From assembly GCA_947302655.1 (NCBI GenBank), contig CAMYVW010000003.1, positions 12,280 through 76,279 on the forward strand: DNA of 64,000 nucleotides. The letters are read 5' to 3'. Positions 29,352-39,231 of this stretch are shown piece by piece (the first letter of the stretch is position 1; every line of letters begins with the position of its first letter). This DNA comes from an uncultured Mycoplasmatota bacterium. Its GTDB lineage: Bacteria > Bacillota_I > Bacilli_A > RF39 > UBA660. The position numbers were made by a program, and so were the translations under genes. The notes beneath the pieces were generated by a model. It ran no database searches. It was not told the origin of the DNA and was given only the letters and a program-made list of their open reading frames with translations.

Positions 29352-29894
29352 TTACGAGTTTTCTATTTCATCATCATTTTTTCCATATTTTATCTCAATT
29401 ATTAATGTGTATAATTGATAAATAAATAGGAAGAAGTTAGGAACTAATATTATAAACAAAAAGCCCCATTTAGATTCAATAACTGAAAGATATGTACCAA
29501 TATTAGAATAAGACTTAGTTCCAGTTCCCATTATAAACTCTTTTGAATATGTTTCGCCATTTTCAAATGATATTGAATCTTGATCTTCAAATACTTGACC
29601 TACTTTACCATATTGAACAGATGCTCCACCTTGACCATCTAAATGATAAGTAAATACCATATCTCCAGCTTTATAATCCTTAATTAGTTTATTTTCAACA
29701 AAAACCAAAGATCCTTTTTTATAATTTTCAGATGAAAATTCTTTTTTTACTATTAATAACGAAGTATCACCAAATTGTGTTATTCCATACTTATTATGAT
29801 TTAAAACAAGCACTGTCATTGTTATTGTAAATGCAAGAAAAATAACAATTAATGTTGTTGTAAATATCTTTTTAACTAACTTAAATCCTTTCAA
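29352..29894 (-). CDS. SipW-like paralogue with degenerate catalytic motifs (possible pseudo-peptidase)
   Basis: Same N-TM, beta-domain, C-TM architecture and KKGSLVFVENKLIKDYKAGDMVFTYHLDG box as SipW. It has ITQFGDTSLLIV where GSMEP should be, and no THR box. Confidence 0.4.
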   Translation of the reverse strand: MKGFKLVKKIFTTTLIVIFLAFTITMTVLVLNHNKYGITQFGDTSLLIVKKEFSSENYKKGSLVFVENKLIKDYKAGDMVFTYHLDGQGGASVQYGKVGQVFEDQDSISFENGETYSKEFIMGTGTKSYSNIGTYLSVIESKWGFLFIILVPNFFLFIYQLYTLIIEIKYGKNDDEIENS

Positions 29895-29951
29895 TTTCGC
29901 ACCACCTATACTATAAAATTATCATAACATACAAGTTATTATTCTTCAACA

Positions 29952-30839
29952 CTAATTACACCCACTAGACTCTCGTATTACAAAATCATTTAAAGATAAA
30001 TCACTATTATTACTTCGTTTGAAAAATTTAATTTTAGAACTAGAATCTGCATTAACAATAGTTTTAAATCCATTAACATAATCATTAGCATCATACTGAA
30101 GATTAGTAGTTAAATTATTAATATCTAATACTCTATTAGTACTATCAAAAGTAATTTGTAAGCACTTATTTTGTGAATAAGTATTATTCAATATTAATTC
30201 ACTAAAATTTGAATAAACCTTATTTATATTAGTTATTTCTCCACTACTTTTAATATTTCTTTGTAACTTAAAAACACCAGATAAACTCTTTGAATAAGGA
30301 CTTGTACTAGTTGCAGTTATTCTAACATCAATTTCTTTATCTTGATCATTTTGATTATTAAAAACAATATTAAAATAGTTGTTTTGCGATACTTTTTGTT
30401 TTACCCAATTATATCCATCGACTTCACATTCAGTCTTATTATAAGATGTAACATCAGTTTCATCTTTCTCATTTACACATCTAGCATTACTTGATAAAAC
30501 AAGATTTAAAGTACTATTATTACTATCGTTAATTGTACAACTAGCATTAATATTCTCAGTTAAAACTTCACACGTTACAGTATATCTAATATCAAAATCA
30601 GTTATTAAGTTTTCACTAGCATAATTTTTCAAAGTAAATGTTGTACTACCACCATCCCACAGAAGATTGGTATTATTTTTATTGGTTTTTAATTCGTTAC
30701 TTTCGAAATAAAATCCCTTAGATTTTAAGTAGTATCCTTTCATATAACTAGAAGTATATCTACCAAAAGAAATGATTGCTAAAGAAAATGATATAGATAT
30801 AAGTATAAACATAATTAATACTTTTTTCTTTTTATTCAT
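29952..30839 (-). CDS. secreted Cys-containing Asn/Ser-rich protein with SipW-cognate-like signal (minor fibre/accessory component)
   Basis: MNKKKKVLIMFILISISFSLAIISFGRYTSSY…; 295 aa with six Cys. Confidence 0.45.
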   Translation of the reverse strand: MNKKKKVLIMFILISISFSLAIISFGRYTSSYMKGYYLKSKGFYFESNELKTNKNNTNLLWDGGSTTFTLKNYASENLITDFDIRYTVTCEVLTENINASCTINDSNNSTLNLVLSSNARCVNEKDETDVTSYNKTECEVDGYNWVKQKVSQNNYFNIVFNNQNDQDKEIDVRITATSTSPYSKSLSGVFKLQRNIKSSGEITNINKVYSNFSELILNNTYSQNKCLQITFDSTNRVLDINNLTTNLQYDANDYVNGFKTIVNADSSSKIKFFKRSNNSDLSLNDFVIRESSGCN

Positions 30840-30847
30840 AAAATCAC

Positions 30848-31375
30848 CTATATTTTTTGATAACTTTTGATTTCAACATTAATATAATCAATTAAGTTTT
30901 TATACTCTTCAGTGTTATAGTTTCCATCAAAAGTAATTCGAAGTTCAAATGTATTTAATTCATTTCTTGTATGAGATAGTTCAAACGAATTAGTTTTACA
31001 AACTAGTTCATTATTTTCATTTCTACTATAAGTCTCATCACAAGTTAGAACTAAAGTATTATCCTTGTATAAATTTATTACAAGTGGAGCATAATGTGGT
31101 GTTATAATTGACAATTCATATAAAATTGATACATCACTTCTTGTATTATTCTTCACGTTAGTAATAGAAAAATTATGACTCATACTCTCTCCAGGAGATA
31201 GCTCACCTACAGGTATTTCTAATCTGTCAGTTACCTCAGAGTTAAAGACAAAACCAGCAAGTTTTTGATCAACACTTGATGCAACTACACCTGAATTAAA
31301 ATAAGAGTATGTAATTCCAAGACTAAACGTTAAAATTAAGAGTGAAATAATAATTATTAATACTTTTATTCTCAT
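30848..31375 (-). CDS. compact TasA/CalY-like protein with SipW-cognate signal
   Basis: SLGITYSYFNSGVVASSVDQKLAGFVF… then …LSPGESMSHNFSITNVKNNTRSDVSILYELSI, which is the TasA-fold core. 175 aa. Confidence 0.5.
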   Translation of the reverse strand: MRIKVLIIIISLLILTFSLGITYSYFNSGVVASSVDQKLAGFVFNSEVTDRLEIPVGELSPGESMSHNFSITNVKNNTRSDVSILYELSIITPHYAPLVINLYKDNTLVLTCDETYSRNENNELVCKTNSFELSHTRNELNTFELRITFDGNYNTEEYKNLIDYINVEIKSYQKI

Positions 31376-31384
31376 ATTACACCT

Positions 31385-34300
31385 CTACCTAATTATAAAG
31401 TACTTATTAATAGTATTAATGTACTCATCACCATTATATAAATCAAATGCTAATCTATAATATCCTTTTAACATATTAGTTGTATTAATAAATAAATCTA
31501 AATTATTAACAGTTGCAGGATTATTAGCATTATATAATGTAGCCCTTCTTGCAAGATAATAGACATTATTTACATATTGATCAAGTTGTGTTGAAGTATA
31601 ATCTTGAATATCAACAAGTGTATACTGCTGATTATATGCAGATAAAGTATTCTTTTTATAAAGTGAATATTTAATATTAGGATTATTTAATCCACTAACT
31701 ATTACACTATAATCAAGCTCTGCAGTAGATGGCTTATTATATATCATATCTTTATTATTAGTAACATCAAATACATATGTATAATTCTTTTCTTCTGTAG
31801 AATTAATTAAAGGAATTAAAACTCTACTATTACTATTTTGTGAAATAATAGTTTCACCATCATACGAAATATATGGAGTTATAGTAATGCTATAATTTCC
31901 ATCTAATAGATTATTTAAAGATCTATATGTAGAAATCTTAAGAATAAAGCTAGAAGTAGTATTAGTATTAAGATTTATTTTTATATTACCATTATTATCA
32001 GGAACATAAATATTATCAGAAACGCTAAATATAATACTCTTATAATAGTCTCTATTTATTACATTACCATTACTATCAACAATATTAATTAAAACTCCAA
32101 TAGTTTTATCATTAAAGAAGGTATCAGTAGCTTGTGAATTTAAAACATTGTTATAAAGTGTAACATTAGTTACAGAATCTGTATTATAGTTAATATTTTG
32201 ATTAAAGTTTGTTGTTAAAGAGTAACTAGTATTATAACTATCAGATGTTAAAACACTAAATGTGGTTTCATTGATATATGGTCTTACAATATTCATATTG
32301 TTATCAAGACCAACAATATTTAAGTAAATATTATGCATATCAGAACTTATAGTTGAAGAACTAAAATCAATGATTAAAGAAAATTCTTCGCTCTGAACAG
32401 ATCCACTCTGATATAAATTATTATTTCTTTTTCCAACAAGATTAAATAAACCAAAACTATAATAATATTTATTATTTAAGCTAATTGCATCATTTTGATT
32501 AACAGTATATGAATATGTATTATTATTAGTTTTATCAAATAACATAATACGTGTGCCGGTTGGCAGTAATGCATTAGAAATTAAATAGTGATCGAAACTT
32601 TGTTGATTTGTTGATGCATATGTTATATTCATCATTATTGATGATTTTTTTGTAATGATATTTCCTGATTCAAAACCAACAGGTTTTAAATCAGAAACAG
32701 CATATCCATCATAAATAATAAGTGGTGTTGATGCATAAGACACATTTCCAGCCAAATCAGTTGATCTAACATATAAAATATACTTTCCAGAAGAAGTTAT
32801 ATCAATTGGATTTACATAATCAGTCCACTGAACTGAACTTAAATCATTAATATCATTGTTTAAAAAATAATTTAAAGAAATACTATCTTGTGAATTATCA
32901 GTGCTAGATGCACTAATAGTTGCACCAGTATTAATGTAAACTTCATTATTATTAATTGAAGAATAAATGTTATTATTAAAATCTATACTAATTAAAGGAC
33001 CAGTTTTATCAATAATAATATTATCAGAATTAATATATGTAACTTTACCAGATAAATCAACAAACTTAACATAAATTATATAAGAGCCTTCATTTTGAAC
33101 TACTACAGGATCTGTATATGAAGTCCATGAAACATTATTTAAATCACTTGTTGATAACACTTGATCTTGATTACTTATATAATAATACTTTGTAGTTTGA
33201 AGAAGCTGACTATCATCTGCGATTGTAAAAGTTATATTAGAAGATATATACTTCTTATCAATAAATAGTGAGTATGTATCATAAGTATCAAGGTTTAAAT
33301 ATAATTTTGTATGATTATCACTGTTATCATCAAAATATAAAAGAGGATAATCACTTCCATTAAATACCCATTTATTTTGACTATTTGAACTATAATTATT
33401 TAAAGATACAAACTCATTGTAACTAGTTAGATATGTTTTATCTTTTAAATTATTATCAATTACCATATTTGATAAAACTAAATTATTATTTCTTGCATAA
33501 GTATAATAAATATTTTGTGAATTTATATTACTATTATAAAGATGTGAAATTATATCATTATCAGTTGTTAAAAAACTGTTTTCAAAAACTAAATTTGAAT
33601 TTATTAAATATCCAATAAAGCCATTACTTATAGTTCCAGCATTATAAGAATTACTAATTGAACTATTGCCCTTTAAAACTCCTATTAAATTTGAATCATT
33701 TGAATAACCATTTCCATAACTATAAGAACTATCGATATTAGTATCAATCGCATAACCTATTAATAAACCAGTTATATCTCCACCATAAACGCTTGCTCTA
33801 TTAATAATATTTGAAATTGATGAACCTTCAGAATATGCAGCAACAGCACCATTTATTGATAATGATATTTGGTCATAGTCTGCATAAAGTGTTGTTTCAT
33901 CATAAAGACTAGCGCTAGATTCATCAATTAAAAGTCCACTTATATAAATACTATCAAGTGTTCCATTTGTTAAATTTGTAGTTAAAATAGCTTTATTCTT
34001 AACAACAATATTATTTAAATATAAGGATGATACATCACCACTTATATTTTCAAATAATGGAGAGTTGCTATAATAACCATATATAGTCTTAAAATTACCA
34101 TCTAAATAACCTTCAAAATTCGACATTGAAGGGAACATATTAAGAGTTCCTACTTCTTCTTGAGTAAAATCAGAAGAGCTATAATACTTATTATCATTAA
34201 CAAAATATGCATTACCATTTAAATTATATTTTAACGTATCATTTTCATAATAAAAATAACCGTCATTAATTACAATATCATTTATAATTTTAAAATATTT

Positions 34301-34555
34301 ACCATCATATGTATCATTTTCCAAGTTACTTGCAAAATAAGCAAATTCTTCAGGTGAAGAAATAATATACGGATTATTTCTTGTTCCACTACCAGATCTA
34401 TATGATGAAGCAACATTACCTGACCATACTCTAGCATCTGATAATGATGTTCCCTTTTTAAATCTGCCAAATGCCGGTAATATACAAAAAGGAAGTGATA
34501 TTAAAGCAACCATAAAAATAGCATAAATTATTTTTCTATTTTTACTTATACTCAT
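31385..34555 (-). CDS. 1056-aa secreted Asn/Ser/Tyr-rich protein (putative fibre tip/adhesin) with SipW-cognate-like signal
   Basis: Signal …LISLPFCILPAFGRFKKGTS. The GTRNNPYIISSPEEFAYF segment is typical of beta-helix surface proteins. Composition is extremely N/S/Y/T-rich throughout. Confidence 0.5.
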   Translation of the reverse strand: MSISKNRKIIYAIFMVALISLPFCILPAFGRFKKGTSLSDARVWSGNVASSYRSGSGTRNNPYIISSPEEFAYFASNLENDTYDGKYFKIINDIVINDGYFYYENDTLKYNLNGNAYFVNDNKYYSSSDFTQEEVGTLNMFPSMSNFEGYLDGNFKTIYGYYSNSPLFENISGDVSSLYLNNIVVKNKAILTTNLTNGTLDSIYISGLLIDESSASLYDETTLYADYDQISLSINGAVAAYSEGSSISNIINRASVYGGDITGLLIGYAIDTNIDSSYSYGNGYSNDSNLIGVLKGNSSISNSYNAGTISNGFIGYLINSNLVFENSFLTTDNDIISHLYNSNINSQNIYYTYARNNNLVLSNMVIDNNLKDKTYLTSYNEFVSLNNYSSNSQNKWVFNGSDYPLLYFDDNSDNHTKLYLNLDTYDTYSLFIDKKYISSNITFTIADDSQLLQTTKYYYISNQDQVLSTSDLNNVSWTSYTDPVVVQNEGSYIIYVKFVDLSGKVTYINSDNIIIDKTGPLISIDFNNNIYSSINNNEVYINTGATISASSTDNSQDSISLNYFLNNDINDLSSVQWTDYVNPIDITSSGKYILYVRSTDLAGNVSYASTPLIIYDGYAVSDLKPVGFESGNIITKKSSIMMNITYASTNQQSFDHYLISNALLPTGTRIMLFDKTNNNTYSYTVNQNDAISLNNKYYYSFGLFNLVGKRNNNLYQSGSVQSEEFSLIIDFSSSTISSDMHNIYLNIVGLDNNMNIVRPYINETTFSVLTSDSYNTSYSLTTNFNQNINYNTDSVTNVTLYNNVLNSQATDTFFNDKTIGVLINIVDSNGNVINRDYYKSIIFSVSDNIYVPDNNGNIKINLNTNTTSSFILKISTYRSLNNLLDGNYSITITPYISYDGETIISQNSNSRVLIPLINSTEEKNYTYVFDVTNNKDMIYNKPSTAELDYSVIVSGLNNPNIKYSLYKKNTLSAYNQQYTLVDIQDYTSTQLDQYVNNVYYLARRATLYNANNPATVNNLDLFINTTNMLKGYYRLAFDLYNGDEYINTINKYFIIR

Positions 34556-34571
34556 AACATCACCTTCTTAT

Positions 34572-35642
34572 CTAAAATTCATAACCTGCTAAATCTTTTT
34601 CAAGATCTAAACTTAAATTTAGTGGAGCTCCCTCAGAATGAACTTCTAAAGCATCTATATCTTGTCCTTCTATCCAAAGGTAAACTCTAACTTTAGTAAT
34701 TCCATTTGGTATTTGAAACAATGGTTCAGAAAATTCATCGTCTTTTCTTGTTTCCTGAAGAGCAAAGTGTTCTGTATCAAAAGAACCGCTAGAAGAAATA
34801 AGCCCACTTTTATGATCAAGTCTTCTTCCTTCTTTAATAACTGCATACGTAGGAACATATGTGTTATCAACAAGATCAATACCAAATTCTTTTACAGCAT
34901 CAATAGATTCTTGATTGTGCTTCAAACTATTTGGTTCATAAATAAGCGAAACGCATTCATTATTACACTGTAAATTTTGAATAGTATATACATCAGCTTT
35001 TAAATCCGTTTCTCCAATTTTTACAAATCCGAGTCTAATAGAGTTCATAATATCTTCCATTTTTTCCCTAGTTTCTTGATCTGCAGTTTCATCAAACTCA
35101 ATATAAGTTCCACTACTTAAATAAAGATTATCTTTATATGGAGATCCAGATACATTCTTTAAAAATATATCAAAAGCTATATAGTTACTATACTCACTTG
35201 GACTATCTTCTGAAATCAAATCAGTATTAACAAATCTTTTACCTCTTCTTGCTTTATCAGTATATTTTCCCATTGATCCTGAATAAACATCAAATTTATC
35301 ATTGTTTGGAGAAGAAATACCATTTGATGAAACTGACCAAAGACCATTAGTAGCCCATTGATTAGTATGATTAGGATAATTTTTCTTAACTTCATGTATA
35401 ACAGACTCTCTAGATATTTCAATAGAATCAGAAAAATTAACACCATCTAAAGAAATAAATAAACCTGTATCTGTTGATACTTTAACATTAAAGAATTTAA
35501 TTTTAACATTTAAGGATGCTGAAAACCATGCATAAGTTGCAAAAAGAAAAACTACACCAACAAAAAATGTAACAAGAAAGATATATTTAGTTTTCTTAGA
35601 AAACTTTGGAATATGAAGTTTTTCTTTTATGTTAGTTTTCAT
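34572..35642 (-). CDS. TasA-like fibre subunit paralogue (SipW-cognate signal)
   Basis: …FLFATYAWFSASLNVKIKFFNVKVSTDTGLFISLDG…, and a C-terminal motif KVRVYLWIEGQDIDALEV shared with the two major-subunit genes. The RBS GGAGGA precedes the ATG at 35642. Confidence 0.55.
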   Translation of the reverse strand: MKTNIKEKLHIPKFSKKTKYIFLVTFFVGVVFLFATYAWFSASLNVKIKFFNVKVSTDTGLFISLDGVNFSDSIEISRESVIHEVKKNYPNHTNQWATNGLWSVSSNGISSPNNDKFDVYSGSMGKYTDKARRGKRFVNTDLISEDSPSEYSNYIAFDIFLKNVSGSPYKDNLYLSSGTYIEFDETADQETREKMEDIMNSIRLGFVKIGETDLKADVYTIQNLQCNNECVSLIYEPNSLKHNQESIDAVKEFGIDLVDNTYVPTYAVIKEGRRLDHKSGLISSSGSFDTEHFALQETRKDDEFSEPLFQIPNGITKVRVYLWIEGQDIDALEVHSEGAPLNLSLDLEKDLAGYEF

Positions 35643-35654
35643 AATATCCTCCAT

Positions 35655-35734
35655 TAATAAATTAAGGAATAATCAGTAACCGACTATTCCTTAACTTTTA
35701 TTTGTAACAAAACATAAGCTTTGTTTATTAATTA
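35655..35734 (-). promoter_or_regulatory. inter-cistronic hairpin (partial terminator/attenuator) downstream of the major-subunit genes
   Basis: GGAATAATCAGTAACCGACTATTCC imperfect hairpin in an 80-nt gap. Confidence 0.3.
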
Positions 35735-37420
35735 TTATTCATTAGTAACAGTTACAGTTACAACTTCAGTAGCTACGTTTCCAGCTTCATCTGCTACTTC
35801 ATATAATACTCTGTATACACCAGGTACTGCATTATTTACAGTTCCTGTTATAGTAGCATGAATTCCAGATCCTTCTGGTCCATACCATTCATCTGCATCA
35901 TCTGCAGTGTCATGAGTATATGGAGTTAAGTTATCAGTAATAGCTGTAATTGTAGGTTGAGTGAATGTACCGTTCTTAGCTATAGTTTGATTTTGAGATC
36001 CGCTTAATGTAATAACAGGAGCAGTCTTATCTATAGTTTTTAACTTAGTAATAATTTGAGCTTCTGTTGGACTTACACCTTCACCAAGTTCTAATTCTGT
36101 AGCTAAAGCTTCAATTATTTCAGCTCTTGTTTGGTTAGGTCCTTCACCTTGATTTAGTACTGGTCCTTGATAGTTAATATCATCTTCAGTAAATCTTTCT
36201 TTAGTGAATCCGAAGTTAACAGCTATTTGTTTACCTATAGAAGCAAAGTCATAGTTATCAATGTCTTGTCCTTCAATATAGATATACACTCTAACTTTTG
36301 TAATACTATTTGGTGCTAAAGTAATGAATGTAGGTCTTTCAACACCAGTTTTTAATTTCATTGTATCAGTAAAGTATGGATATGCAAATAAGTATTTACC
36401 AGCATTTCCTTCAGCAGCACTAATAGCAATAGCCTCAGTATCAGCTATATCTCCAGTATAGCTATTAAATGCACTACCATCATAGATATCAACTGAATTC
36501 ATAGCAGTGATTTCTTTACCAATCGCATATGTTGGATATGTTTGACCATCAACTACTGTTCCACACGCACCTTCATAAGAAGCAGCTAAGCTTGTATCAG
36601 TTCCAGCAGCTTTTCTTGCTCTACAAGTAGTATTATACCAAGTTAGAGCATCTGGTACGTGGTTTGTATCATTTGGTTCCCAAATTTGAGCTGTACGGCA
36701 AATACCAGTTACAGTCGAATCAGTTGCACAAGTAATACCTTGAATTGTTGATGCATCTGTATTAGTTGCCTCTACACGACCAATTTGTGCAAATGCAACA
36801 CGAACAGAATTTTCAATACCAGTGTTTGCAACGCCTGTTGATCCAACTACAACCTTAGAATCATTTGTTAAATAAATTGCTTCTTCGTTAAGTGGATTAT
36901 TTGTCTGGTAATATTCAGCACCAGATGAGTTTTTAATAAATAAGTCGAATGCAACATAACCATCAGGTGTTGTAGAATCGTTATTAACTCTACTAGCCAT
37001 TAATCTATAACCACCTGCAGTAGTTGTTAAACTACCTTTTTCAAATAATGTTAAACGACTTGTTGTTGTATTAATAATACCAATTGATGACATAGGAATT
37101 AATCCACGTCCACCCCAAGTATTTGTATTAGTTGGGTATGGATTTCCTTGTGCAGTTAATGTATTATCTGCAGCAGTCTCTGCAGCAGGGTTTCTAAAGT
37201 TTGTACTGTTAATTGCTACTGTATCGCTCCAGTTTACACCATCAAGTGATAACTGTAAGTCTTCTGTTGCAGCAATACGAACTTCGAATGGAGAAACATT
37301 AACAGTTCTCATACCAATAAACCATGCATAAGTTGCTGTTCCTAGGACGATTGCCATAAAAGTAAATACTATAGCAAGTCGCAATATTCTTTTTTTCTTA
37401 CTAGAATTCTTCCTTTTCAT
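35735..37420 (-). CDS. TasA-like major fibre subunit with C-terminal Ig-like (DUF5011-type) domain
   Basis: …LGTATYAWFIGMRTVNVSPFEVRIAATEDLQLSLDG…VRVYIYIEGQDIDNYDFASIGKQIAVNFGFTKERFTE… followed by …NAVPGVYRVLYEVADEAGNVATEVVTVTVTNE. Its Thr/Ala/Gly-rich composition and GC-richer codon use resemble the ribosomal-protein genes in this window. Confidence 0.6.
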   Translation of the reverse strand: MKRKNSSKKKRILRLAIVFTFMAIVLGTATYAWFIGMRTVNVSPFEVRIAATEDLQLSLDGVNWSDTVAINSTNFRNPAAETAADNTLTAQGNPYPTNTNTWGGRGLIPMSSIGIINTTTSRLTLFEKGSLTTTAGGYRLMASRVNNDSTTPDGYVAFDLFIKNSSGAEYYQTNNPLNEEAIYLTNDSKVVVGSTGVANTGIENSVRVAFAQIGRVEATNTDASTIQGITCATDSTVTGICRTAQIWEPNDTNHVPDALTWYNTTCRARKAAGTDTSLAASYEGACGTVVDGQTYPTYAIGKEITAMNSVDIYDGSAFNSYTGDIADTEAIAISAAEGNAGKYLFAYPYFTDTMKLKTGVERPTFITLAPNSITKVRVYIYIEGQDIDNYDFASIGKQIAVNFGFTKERFTEDDINYQGPVLNQGEGPNQTRAEIIEALATELELGEGVSPTEAQIITKLKTIDKTAPVITLSGSQNQTIAKNGTFTQPTITAITDNLTPYTHDTADDADEWYGPEGSGIHATITGTVNNAVPGVYRVLYEVADEAGNVATEVVTVTVTNE

Positions 37421-37448
37421 ATATATTTCCTTTCCTTCTCAGTCTATA

Positions 37449-39056
37449 TTATTCTGTTACAGTAACAGTAGAAATTGCTTCAGCATAATTTCCTTGCCAG
37501 TCACTTACTAAGTACCTAACTACATATGTACCTGCAGTAGCAACTACTGGGTTAGTTACTTGAACCTTAGTAGTTAAATCAAATGTACACTTATTATTAG
37601 CCCATGTTCCTTGAGCAGTGTTACATTTAGCTTCAGTATCTTCAGCACCAACGTCTGATGCAGTTACACCAGCCATTGGGTTATAACTTGCAACTTGTGC
37701 AACTGTTAAGTTCTTAGTAGCTTCTACACCAGCTATAATAGGTTTAATCTCATCACCTGTTGGCATGTTAGGTCCATCTATACCTTGAGCTTCTTCTTCA
37801 GTAAATCTCTCTTTAGTAAATCCAAATGAAACATTTATTTGTTTTCCTATAGATGAGAAATCATAGTTATCAATATCTTGTCCTTCAATCCATACATAAA
37901 CTCTTATCTTAGTAATACTATTAGGAGCAAGTGTAATAAATGTTGGGCGATTAATACCAGTTAAATTTTTCTCGGTATCAGTAAAGTAATCGTAGGCATA
38001 TAGTGGTTGGCTATCACTATAATTTGTTCTTGTAGTAGCAGAATATCCATTATATTGAGTTCCATCATAAATATCAACTTTATCAGCTATATCAACAACA
38101 CGTCCTACAGCATAAGTATTTTTTGCAGTACCATTAGCAACTGCTGTACAAGCTCCATCTAATGTATAAGATGTTGCAAGTGTAATATCAGTTGGATCTG
38201 TTATTGGATCAACTGCAGCCTTTCTAGGTCTACAAGAAGTATTGTAATAACTTATAGCATTATTAACGTGAGCAATATCATTTGGTTCCCAAATTTGAGC
38301 TACACGGCAAATACCAGTTACAGGAGAGTTTTCTCCAGGAACACATTTAATTCCAGTTATTGTATTAACATCAGTTGTTTTTGCATTAACACGACCAATT
38401 TGTGCAAAAGCTACACGAACTGAATTTTCAAGTCCAGTATTAGCAACTCCAGTTGAACCAACACTAACTTGAGAATCTGTAGTTAAATAAATTGGTTCCT
38501 CATTCAAAATATTATCTTCTGTGTAGTATGCTTGACCTGAGAAGTTCTTAACAAATAAGTCAAATGCAATATATCCACCATTTTCAGTATTAAATCCATA
38601 AGCATTTACTGAATTTGCATACTGCTGATTAGTTTGATAATTGTGAATTCGGCTTGCAAGAAGTCTATAACCACCAGGTGTAGCAGTTAAACTACCCTTC
38701 TCATACATCTTCATTGTAGAAGATGCTGTGTCGATTTCACCAATTGAAGAAATTGGTTTTAGGCCAGGATTGACAGCTCCAGTACCAAGTCCTGCCCAGT
38801 TATTAACATTACCTGTATAAGATACTGAACTAAAGTTACCACTATCTATTGTAACAGTCGTATCCCAGGTATTTCCATCAAGAGATAAAAGCAAACTATC
38901 AGTACTTGCTATGTCAATTTCAAAGCTTTGAACATTAACAGCTCTCATACCGATAAACCATGCATAAGTTGATACTGCAAATACTATTAATAAAAGAAAT
39001 GAAATAACAACTAATCGCTTAACTCTTTTAGATTTTAGATTTTCATTTTTGTTCAT
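37449..39056 (-). CDS. TasA-like major fibre subunit, tandem paralogue of 35735-37420
   Basis: …AVSTYAWFIGMRAVNVQSFEIDIASTDSLLLSLDG…IRVYVWIEGQDIDNYDFSSIGKQINVSFGFTKERFTE…; it has the same architecture and codon bias. Confidence 0.6.
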   Translation of the reverse strand: MNKNENLKSKRVKRLVVISFLLLIVFAVSTYAWFIGMRAVNVQSFEIDIASTDSLLLSLDGNTWDTTVTIDSGNFSSVSYTGNVNNWAGLGTGAVNPGLKPISSIGEIDTASSTMKMYEKGSLTATPGGYRLLASRIHNYQTNQQYANSVNAYGFNTENGGYIAFDLFVKNFSGQAYYTEDNILNEEPIYLTTDSQVSVGSTGVANTGLENSVRVAFAQIGRVNAKTTDVNTITGIKCVPGENSPVTGICRVAQIWEPNDIAHVNNAISYYNTSCRPRKAAVDPITDPTDITLATSYTLDGACTAVANGTAKNTYAVGRVVDIADKVDIYDGTQYNGYSATTRTNYSDSQPLYAYDYFTDTEKNLTGINRPTFITLAPNSITKIRVYVWIEGQDIDNYDFSSIGKQINVSFGFTKERFTEEEAQGIDGPNMPTGDEIKPIIAGVEATKNLTVAQVASYNPMAGVTASDVGAEDTEAKCNTAQGTWANNKCTFDLTTKVQVTNPVVATAGTYVVRYLVSDWQGNYAEAISTVTVTE

Positions 39057-39119
39057 ATACTTTCCCTTCCATATATTTAATAGAGTAATAATTGCTTATA
39101 CATGTTGCCTACAATCTAC

Positions 39120-39175
39120 TATATTACATATAGATTTTAACCTTATATTTGTCAAAAGTCAATTAAAATGTCATA
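39120..39175 (-). promoter_or_regulatory. promoter of the major-subunit genes
   Basis: Minus-strand TTGACA (39151-39156), a 17-nt spacer, then TATATG/TAATAT, in the 160-nt gap 5' of 37449-39056. Confidence 0.4.
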
Positions 39176-39187
39176 TTTTGTAGAAAT

Positions 39188-39231
39188 AAAAGACGAAAAA
39201 TTATTACTATTCGTAACTATTTTTCGTCTTT
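39188..39231 (-). terminator. intrinsic terminator after the 538-aa gene
   Basis: 12-bp perfect stem AAGACGAAAAAT / ATTTTTCGTCTT followed, on the minus strand, by a U-run. The stem overlaps the last codons KDEK*. Confidence 0.55.
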
